Assembly (NCBI GenBank): GCA_017403085.1
Contig: JAFQOQ010000006.1
Coordinates: 832 to 64,831, forward strand
Reading direction: 5' to 3'
Length of the DNA: 64,000 bases
Origin: Alphaproteobacteria bacterium
Lineage (GTDB): Bacteria > Pseudomonadota > Alphaproteobacteria > Rs-D84
A program made the position numbers and the translations under genes. The notes beneath the pieces are model-generated. The model saw only the letters and a program-made list of their open reading frames with translations. It was not told the DNA's origin and searched no databases. Of the stretch, positions 18,300 to 25,392 are shown in pieces (position 1 is the first letter of the stretch; every line of letters begins with the position of its first letter).

Positions 18300-20318
18300 T
18301 TATTGGTTATTCTGGTTCGCGGCATTTTCTGCGTCGCATTTTGGACAGAATTCGTGTTTCCCAGGTAAATATCCATGTTTCGGACATATCGAGAATGTTG
18401 GCGTTAATGTCATGTATGGCACTTTGTAGTTTTCAAATATTGTGCGTACAATCTTTTGTGCCGCATCCCCACTGGATACAGGTTCGCCCATATACAGGTG
18501 TAACATTGTACCACCGGTATATTTACGCTGTAATTCTTCTTGGTGTTCCAGGGCGACAAATGGGTCGTCTGTGAAATTCACCGGTAATTGTGTTGAATTG
18601 GTATAGTATGGTGCGTCTTTGGTTCCCGCGGTTATAATGTCTGGGAAATTTTTGACGTCTGTTTTTGCAAAACGGTATGAACATCCTTCGGCAGGTGTTG
18701 CCTCTAAATTATACAGATTGCCGGTTTGTTCTTGGAAATTAGCCAGATTTTCACGAATGAAATCCATTACGTCCAATACCAATTTTTTACCCATTGGTGT
18801 GGCAATGTTTTCTTTGTCGCCTGTGAAATTGCGAACCATTTCGTTGGCGCCATTTACACCAATTGTCGAAAAATGATGATTCCAATCACCCAGATAGCGT
18901 TTTGTAAATGGATACAGGCCACGCTCCATATTTTTGGAAATAATTTTACGTTTGATTTCCAAACTATCACGGCCCAAATCCAGCAGGCGTTTTAATTCTG
19001 TAAATAACCCTTCGCGGTTGCCACGGTGGATATAGCCCAGACGTGCCAAATTGATTGTGACCACACCGATTGAACCAGTCTTTTCTGCGGAACCAAACAA
19101 TCCGCCCCCACGTTTTAATAATTCGCGAACGTCCAGACGCAAACGACAGCACATGGAACGAACGTCGGTTGGGTTCAGATCAGAATTTAAGAAGTTCTGG
19201 AAGTTTGGAATACCATATTTGGCCGCCAAATCAAATAATGGTTTTACGTTTGGGTGTTCCCATGGGAAATCAGGTGTGATGTTATATGTTGGAATTGGGA
19301 ATGTGAATGGACGTCCCAATGCATCACCTTCGGTCATCACTTCCAGGAAGGCCTTGTTAATTAAATCCATTTCTGCCTGCAGGTCGCCGTATGTAAAATC
19401 AACCTGTTTTTTGCCAATAAATGGGCGTTGGTTTCTTAAATCTGTTGGGCATGTCCAGTCAAACGTAAAGTTAATAAATGGTGTCTGGGTGCCCCAACGA
19501 CATGGAACGGCGCAATTAAAGATTAATGTTTGCATTGCGTTTTTGACGTCGGCGTAAGACAGATTATCGATTCGCACATATGGTGCCAGGTATGTATCCA
19601 CAGACGAGAATGCATGGGCGCCGGCAAATTCATTTTGCAGTGTGCCCAAGAAATTTACCATGTGCGAAATTGCAGTTGCCATATGGCGTGCCGGTTCGCA
19701 CTGTAAATAACCGGGAACACCGTTGAAGCCTTCGTACAATAATTCACGCAAAGACCATCCAGCGCAATATCCGGTCAGCCATCCCAAATCATGTACGTGA
19801 ATCGCGGCGGTTTTGTGTGCTTCTGCAACGGCACGTGGGTATAGATTTAGCCAATATTCTGCGGTGACGCGTTCGCTGGTGCGTAAAATCAATCCGCCAA
19901 TTGAATATCCAACATTTGCATTTTCTTTGATACGCCAGTTTGAACCGCCAACATAGCCTTCGATAACTTCGACGGCATCAACCATCGATTCGCGAATTTC
20001 TGTACGTTTTTGACGATATATAATATATGCTTCGGCAGTTTTATATGCCTTGTTATCCATCAGTGTTTGGATAACAATGTCCTGGATATTTTCAACATTT
20101 GGTGTTTTTTCTGCAAATTTCGAATCAAGACGCGTTAATACATCTTGGGTTATTTTGACTGTTTCAACATCTGATATTTCTTGGGTGACTGCGACTGCTT
20201 TTTTTATTGCCTCGTATATCTTTTTTACGTCAAAAGGCACGGTTTCACCGCTGCGCTTTTGCACTGCGACCAGTGTGGTCGCCAGAACTGGTGTAATTTG
20301 AATTTGTGTTTCTGACAT
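18300..20318 (-). CDS. nrdD: anaerobic ribonucleoside-triphosphate reductase, large part (ATP-cone through Zn-ribbon; no glycyl-radical loop)
   Basis: 672 aa. An N-terminal ATP-cone-like segment is present (VQKRSGETVPFDVKKIYEAIKKA). Class III core motifs include GTQTPFINFTFDW and SMCCRLRLD. The protein ends at CPKHGYLPGKHEFCPKCDAENAANQNNQ, so it lacks the RxxGY radical loop. Confidence 0.9.
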   Translation of the reverse strand: MSETQIQITPVLATTLVAVQKRSGETVPFDVKKIYEAIKKAVAVTQEISDVETVKITQDVLTRLDSKFAEKTPNVENIQDIVIQTLMDNKAYKTAEAYIIYRQKRTEIRESMVDAVEVIEGYVGGSNWRIKENANVGYSIGGLILRTSERVTAEYWLNLYPRAVAEAHKTAAIHVHDLGWLTGYCAGWSLRELLYEGFNGVPGYLQCEPARHMATAISHMVNFLGTLQNEFAGAHAFSSVDTYLAPYVRIDNLSYADVKNAMQTLIFNCAVPCRWGTQTPFINFTFDWTCPTDLRNQRPFIGKKQVDFTYGDLQAEMDLINKAFLEVMTEGDALGRPFTFPIPTYNITPDFPWEHPNVKPLFDLAAKYGIPNFQNFLNSDLNPTDVRSMCCRLRLDVRELLKRGGGLFGSAEKTGSIGVVTINLARLGYIHRGNREGLFTELKRLLDLGRDSLEIKRKIISKNMERGLYPFTKRYLGDWNHHFSTIGVNGANEMVRNFTGDKENIATPMGKKLVLDVMDFIRENLANFQEQTGNLYNLEATPAEGCSYRFAKTDVKNFPDIITAGTKDAPYYTNSTQLPVNFTDDPFVALEHQEELQRKYTGGTMLHLYMGEPVSSGDAAQKIVRTIFENYKVPYMTLTPTFSICPKHGYLPGKHEFCPKCDAENAANQNNQ

Positions 20319-20343
20319 TTTTAAAACTCCGATACTTCTAAAA

Positions 20344-20359
20344 ACACAATATATAGTGG
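20344..20359. promoter_or_regulatory. NrdR box 1
   Basis: ACACAATATATAGTGG, 26 nt upstream of the nrdD ATG, fits the palindromic NrdR consensus acaCwAtATaTwGtgt. Confidence 0.7.
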
Positions 20360-20376
20360 TTCTTTTGTTTGTTTGA

Positions 20377-20392
20377 TTACAATATATAGTTT
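20377..20392. promoter_or_regulatory. NrdR box 2
   Basis: TTACAATATATAGTTT. Its CAATATATAG core is identical to box 1, and the cores are 33 nt apart (about three helical turns), as is typical for tandem NrdR boxes. Confidence 0.65.
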
Positions 20393-20753
20393 TAAATGAC
20401 GGCTAGCAATATAGAAAACATAAAAAAAATTTTTTTTTTGCTTTACTTTTAAAAAAGGGGATTTTCTGCCCATCACGTCAATATAGGCACTTGTCTAAAA
20501 GCATACCAAAGATATTTTTGTGTCAAAAAAATCATAATACTTATGGATTTTAATGATTCGTTTTAGTGCAAAAATACAAAATGTAGATAAAAAATTGCGA
20601 ATCAGCATCTATATCTTGATAAAACGAATCTGTTAAGATGTAGTGTGTAATATAGAATATTGGGTTGTTTTTCCTATGAAAAGGGGCTATATTCAATATA
20701 TCTGTATCATGGTGGTACAGATGCCTTTTAATTAAAACAAGGGTTTTTTAGTT

Positions 20754-22343
20754 ATGATGAAAAATATATATGAGATGCTGCAAGATGTTTGCGCGCGGAA
20801 CAAAGACAGTATTTTCTTTGTACGACAGAACGAAACATATGCAGATTTGTTGAAAAAGGTGAAACAGCGTGCTGTATTGTTGGCGCAACGTTTCGGTATT
20901 AAAAAGGGTGATACGGTTGCAATTATGTCTGGGAATACACCGGACTTTTTGCGTTCGTATTTTGCAATTGCATCGCAGGGTGCGCGTGCGTTGATGTTGG
21001 ATACTGGGTTAAATACCACAGAACATGTCAATATGATGAAACGTACAGATTGCAAATTGATATTGGCACAAAAATCGTTGTTTATCGAAGATGCGCCATG
21101 TGAAATGTTTGATATCGAAAATATCGATGATACAGATGAAAAAGATTTTGTTATGGCTGATACAGAACGTAATGATATCGCACAGTTGTCTTTTACGTCT
21201 GGTTCAACAGGGAATCCAAAGGTTGTTGGTCTGACGCACGAGAATTTGCTATCGTTGGTCGATGGGGCGCAATTCTATAAAGATGTGATTTTGCCTGGTT
21301 ATACGTTCTATGGCTTCTTGCCGTTGTATCATATATATGGTGTGGTAATTAATATTATCGTGCCAGTTGCGTTACAGGGTAAGTTGTTGTTGCAGCCTGT
21401 GTTAAAACCGCAAGAATTTATCAAAGATTTTAAACAGTATAAGCCAGAAGTTATCCCGGCGGTTCCACGTATTTGGGAAGTTTTTTATAAGAAAATTGTC
21501 GATACGGCCAAGGATAAGCATGTTTGGACAATAATGCGTATTGTTGTTGCAATGCGCAAGATTTTGCGTGCGATTGGTCTGGGGGCGCTGGTGGATAAGG
21601 TGACAAAGCCGGTGCATGATGCATTTGGCGGCAATACCAAGGTTTTGGTGTCTGCCGGTGCAACGTTAAAGCCATCGATTCGCAAATTCTATGAAAAAAT
21701 GGGATTTGTTGTTGGTGATTGCTATGGTTTGACAGAAACAACGGGGCCTGCAAACTTTAACTTTGCATTCCGTCGTCCTGATGGTTCGATGTATTATGCG
21801 GGGCCACTGTTGGGGAATGAATTGCAAATTCATAATCCTGATAAGCATGGTATTGGTGAAATTTGGGTGCGTGGTAATATGGTTATGCCAGGATACCTGG
21901 AAAATGATGAAGCAAATGCCGCAGCGTTTGAAGACGGTTGGTTTAAGACCGGTGACGTGGGGCGTCTGGATAAATTTGGCCGCTTAGAGGTCAAAGGACG
22001 TCAAAAACAGGTTATTGTTTTAGATAGTGGTAAAAATGTTTATCCAGATGAATTGGAAGATCTGTACATGCAAAATGATGAAATTTTGAATGCTGCGGTC
22101 TTTGAATATGTTATCAAGGGTAAAACAGTGCCGTTTGCGGTGTTCCAAGTTAAACCAGGAACAACGGTAGAGCATGTCGCAATGTTGTTAAAGAAGTCTA
22201 ATTTGGCAATTGCGCAATATAAATGGGTTCGCCATTTTGCAATTACCGAAGAAGAATTGCCATCAACATCTGCCAAAAAGGTCAAGCATTTTGCGGTGCG
22301 CGATATGCTGGATCATGGGGCATTTACCCGCATGGGTAATTAA
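20754..22343 (+). CDS. AMP-dependent synthetase/ligase (long-chain acyl-CoA ligase-like)
   Basis: The AMP-binding motif FTSGSTGNPKVVGLTHENL is present, with later YGLTETTG and WFKTGDVG motifs. Confidence 0.85.
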   Translation: MMKNIYEMLQDVCARNKDSIFFVRQNETYADLLKKVKQRAVLLAQRFGIKKGDTVAIMSGNTPDFLRSYFAIASQGARALMLDTGLNTTEHVNMMKRTDCKLILAQKSLFIEDAPCEMFDIENIDDTDEKDFVMADTERNDIAQLSFTSGSTGNPKVVGLTHENLLSLVDGAQFYKDVILPGYTFYGFLPLYHIYGVVINIIVPVALQGKLLLQPVLKPQEFIKDFKQYKPEVIPAVPRIWEVFYKKIVDTAKDKHVWTIMRIVVAMRKILRAIGLGALVDKVTKPVHDAFGGNTKVLVSAGATLKPSIRKFYEKMGFVVGDCYGLTETTGPANFNFAFRRPDGSMYYAGPLLGNELQIHNPDKHGIGEIWVRGNMVMPGYLENDEANAAAFEDGWFKTGDVGRLDKFGRLEVKGRQKQVIVLDSGKNVYPDELEDLYMQNDEILNAAVFEYVIKGKTVPFAVFQVKPGTTVEHVAMLLKKSNLAIAQYKWVRHFAITEEELPSTSAKKVKHFAVRDMLDHGAFTRMGN

Positions 22344-22442
22344 AAAACGAATCGGGTCAGATGATGTAAATGTGTTGTCTGACCCGATGTACGTATATAG
22401 ATATTTCGATTCGTTTTTTGTTTGTGTATAATAATTTCTGTA

Positions 22443-23090
22443 ATGAAATTAGAATCTGTTGGATTATTGATAAGTATCAGACCGATTAACGAACGCGATT
22501 CGATTGCGCATGTTTTTACGCGTGATTTTGGTGTGGTTAGTGGGATGATGCGTGGCGCAGTCGTTGCTAAGAAAAATAAACCGCTGGTTGGACAGGTTGG
22601 TCTGGCGACGTGGAATGCGCGGGTTGATTCGCAATTGGGGGTGTTTCACTGGGATGTGGAACGTAATCTTGGGGCGATGTTGATGTGCCAACCACAAATG
22701 TTGATGGCGATGAATTCTGCGTTTGCATTGCTAGATGCATTATTGCCAGAGCGTGAAGAAAACAATTTATTGTATGATGAAACAATTGATTTATTGATGT
22801 CTATGGCGTCTGGTGGGGGGATGCAGGCATATTTGCAATGGGAAATTAATTTATTGCGCGATGTTGGGTATGCGCTGGATTTGTCGCGTTGTTCAGGCTG
22901 TGGGTGTTCGGATGGTTTGCAATATTTGTCGCCACGTACGGGCCGGGCGGTTTGTGTAGAATGCGCGCAGCCGTATCTGAATAAGTTGTTTAAATTGCCA
23001 ATAAATATGAATACGACCCTGCGATTCTTAGAAGGCGTCTGTATGCAACAGGGTATAGATGTGCCGATGGCGCGTCGCATCCTAAAATAA
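22443..23090 (+). CDS. recO: DNA repair protein RecO
   Basis: MKLESVGLLISIRPINERDSIAHVFTRDFGVVSGMMRG is an OB-fold N-terminus, and a C-terminal Zn motif CSGCG...CVEC is present. ATG at 22443. Confidence 0.8.
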   Translation: MKLESVGLLISIRPINERDSIAHVFTRDFGVVSGMMRGAVVAKKNKPLVGQVGLATWNARVDSQLGVFHWDVERNLGAMLMCQPQMLMAMNSAFALLDALLPEREENNLLYDETIDLLMSMASGGGMQAYLQWEINLLRDVGYALDLSRCSGCGCSDGLQYLSPRTGRAVCVECAQPYLNKLFKLPINMNTTLRFLEGVCMQQGIDVPMARRILK

Positions 23091-23171
23091 CGCTGTTTTG
23101 GATAGATTTATTCCTTGCGCTTTTATGAAAATTTGCTATTGTACGATTGTTCAACAGCAAAGGAGAAAATC

Positions 23172-23996
23172 ATGACTTGGACAATTTTGGTACTGGTATT
23201 GGGTATCGCTTTGTTTATGTTTGGTGGAATGATGCTGAAATCTGACAGCAAAAAACCAAGCATGGGCGTTATCTTGGCAAAAAAAGCAATCAAAGTTATT
23301 GCTATTATTATGGTCGCAGGCAGCGTTTGCCGTTTGTATGTTCCATATTATTTAACAAGCGTTAATCCTGCAATTCTTCAGGAAATGGTTGAAGGTATGC
23401 AGGCACAGCAGAACGAAGCAAAAAATAAAGCGATTCGCAAATATGTTCGTTCTAAATCAGATATGATGGTTGCAGATGCACCAATCGTTGGCCCACAAGA
23501 CGCTAAAAATACAATTTATGTTTGGACAGACTTTTCATGCCCATATTGCCGTCGCGTACATGGCGCATTGGATCAGGTTTTGGCAGAACGTGATGATGTT
23601 CGCGTAGTTGTTAAGAACTTCTCTATCCATGGTGAATTGTCAGATGCACCAGCAAAGGCAGTTATCGCTGCGAAATTGCAGAGCCCAGAAAAGGCAGGCA
23701 AATTGGTTGATGCGTTGATGAAGAAGGAATATTACAGCCGTGATGATATGAAAGACCAAAGCAAATTGGGTGCAAAAGTTCATAAGAACGTTATGAAATT
23801 TGCAGAAGAAGCAGGTCTGGATGTTGCACAGTTGGAAAAAGATATGAAGGGCGAAGTTGTTGCGCGTGAAATGGCGAACGTTCGTGATTTGGCACAGCAG
23901 TTCGAAATCACAGGTACTCCGTTCTTGATTATCGGCGAAGAAGCATTCCCAGGTGCAATCCCAGCCGCACAAATCAAAGCAGCATTGGATAAATAA
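23172..23996 (+). CDS. membrane-anchored DsbA-family thiol:disulfide oxidoreductase (Com1-like)
   Basis: An AGGAG SD precedes the ATG at 23172. There is an N-terminal TM (WTILVLVLGIALFMFGGMML). The thioredoxin active site is WTDFSCPYCRRVH, and the C-terminal ITGTPFLIIG is the cis-Pro loop region. Confidence 0.8.
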   Translation: MTWTILVLVLGIALFMFGGMMLKSDSKKPSMGVILAKKAIKVIAIIMVAGSVCRLYVPYYLTSVNPAILQEMVEGMQAQQNEAKNKAIRKYVRSKSDMMVADAPIVGPQDAKNTIYVWTDFSCPYCRRVHGALDQVLAERDDVRVVVKNFSIHGELSDAPAKAVIAAKLQSPEKAGKLVDALMKKEYYSRDDMKDQSKLGAKVHKNVMKFAEEAGLDVAQLEKDMKGEVVAREMANVRDLAQQFEITGTPFLIIGEEAFPGAIPAAQIKAALDK

Positions 23997-24028
23997 AAAA
24001 ATTCCCCCAGTTGGGGGAATTTTTTTTA
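23995..24028 (+). terminator. intrinsic terminator
   Basis: attccccc-agtt-gggggaat hairpin followed by a T8 run. Confidence 0.75.
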
Positions 24029-24040
24029 AGTTTTTTTGCA

Positions 24041-24069
24041 AAAAAAATCCGGCGATTGCCGGATTTTTC
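24041..24069 (-). terminator. intrinsic terminator of the DUF1015 gene
   Basis: aatccggc-gatt-gccggatt hairpin. The minus strand has a T run after the hairpin. Confidence 0.7.
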
Positions 24070-24079
24070 ATTTGGTGCG

Positions 24080-25318
24080 TTACGATAATTTATGAATTAC
24101 CAATCCGCTGCGCAATTTTGGTTCAAACCATGTTGTCTTGGGTGGCATAATATTACCTGTGTCTGCAATGTCTATGATTTGACGCATTGTGACCGGGTAT
24201 AATGCAAACGCAGCAACCATTTCACCGCTATCTACGCGTTTTTGTAATTCGCCCAAACCGCGAATTCCGCCGACGAAATCGATGCGCTTGCTGGTGCGCA
24301 GGTCGCCCAGATTTAAAATCTTGTCAAAGACCAGATTTGATAGAACGGTTACGTCCAGAACACCGATTGGATCGTTGTCGTTGTATGTTCCTGGGCGCGC
24401 GGTCAAAGAATACCATTTGCCATCCAGATACATGCCGAAATTGTGTAATGCATTTGGTCGATAGATTTCTGTGCCGTTTTCGACAATATCAAAAGATTCA
24501 GATAACTTATCTAAAAATTCTGCGGGCCTCAGGCCGTTTAAATCTTTGACAACGCGATTATAGTCGATAATTTTTAATTGGCTTTCTGGGAAAATTACAG
24601 CCAAGAAAAAGTTATATTCTTCATTGCCAGTGTGATTTGGATTCGCAGCGCGTTTTTCTGCGCCAACCAATGCCGCCGCCGCAGTGCGATGGTGGCCGTC
24701 CGCAACATACAGTGCAGGAATCTGTGCAAAAATTTCTGTAATGCGTGCATTTGTCGCGGCGTCACGAATTGCCCAGAATGTATGTCCAAATCCATCAGGT
24801 GCAACGAAATCATATTCTGGTGTTTGGGTTGCAACAATATGTTCTACGATTTCGTTCATTTCCGCGACGTCTGGATATGCAAAGAATACTGGTTCAATAT
24901 TTGCGTCCTGGATGCGGACATGAATCATACGATCTTCTTCTTTGTCTTTGCGGGTTAATTCGTGTTTTTTGATTTTGCCAGACATGTAATCATCTACGTT
25001 GGCTGCCGCAACCAGACCGTACTGTGTGCGGCCGTCCATTGTTTGGGCATAGATATAGTACATTTCTGTGTCGTCTTGGACCAACCAGCCGCGTTCTTGC
25101 CATAGTTTAAAATTCTCGACCGCTTTGTCATATACGGGCTGCGAGTGTTCATCTGCGATTGGGTCAAAGTCAATTTCTGGTTTTATAATATGCAGTAATG
25201 ATTTTTCGCCCGCTTCGGCTTTGGCTTCGGCTGAATTTAATACGTCGTATGGACGTGATGCAACTTCTGATGCCAAATCTTTTGGTGGGCGAACGCCTGC
25301 AAATGGTTTGATTTTCAT
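24080..25318 (-). CDS. DUF1015 family protein
   Basis: MKIKPFAGVRPPKDLASEVASRPYDVLNSAEA is the typical DUF1015 N-terminus, with ADGHHRTAAA in the middle. 412 aa. Confidence 0.7.
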   Translation of the reverse strand: MKIKPFAGVRPPKDLASEVASRPYDVLNSAEAKAEAGEKSLLHIIKPEIDFDPIADEHSQPVYDKAVENFKLWQERGWLVQDDTEMYYIYAQTMDGRTQYGLVAAANVDDYMSGKIKKHELTRKDKEEDRMIHVRIQDANIEPVFFAYPDVAEMNEIVEHIVATQTPEYDFVAPDGFGHTFWAIRDAATNARITEIFAQIPALYVADGHHRTAAAALVGAEKRAANPNHTGNEEYNFFLAVIFPESQLKIIDYNRVVKDLNGLRPAEFLDKLSESFDIVENGTEIYRPNALHNFGMYLDGKWYSLTARPGTYNDNDPIGVLDVTVLSNLVFDKILNLGDLRTSKRIDFVGGIRGLGELQKRVDSGEMVAAFALYPVTMRQIIDIADTGNIMPPKTTWFEPKLRSGLVIHKLS

Positions 25319-25392
25319 TTAGTCTCCTTTTTAAACCTGATGGAATTATACCTGGCAGATGTTAAAAAGGCAATATTTAGAAATCGTTTTTT

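Noticed and set aside
18263-18376. N-terminal 38-codon extension of the glycyl-radical ORF (track ORF 18074..18376)
   Set aside because: The extension overlaps the 3' end of nrdD in another frame and has no similarity to anything. The ATG at 18262 has a strong SD, so only the 62-aa version is credible.
20606-20621. Third NrdR-like box (GCATCTATATCTTGAT)
   Set aside because: Only the central CTATAT..TTG resembles the consensus and the flanking aca/tgt arms are missing. It sits about 290 nt from nrdD, closer to the unrelated acyl-CoA ligase gene. It is likely chance in AT-rich DNA.
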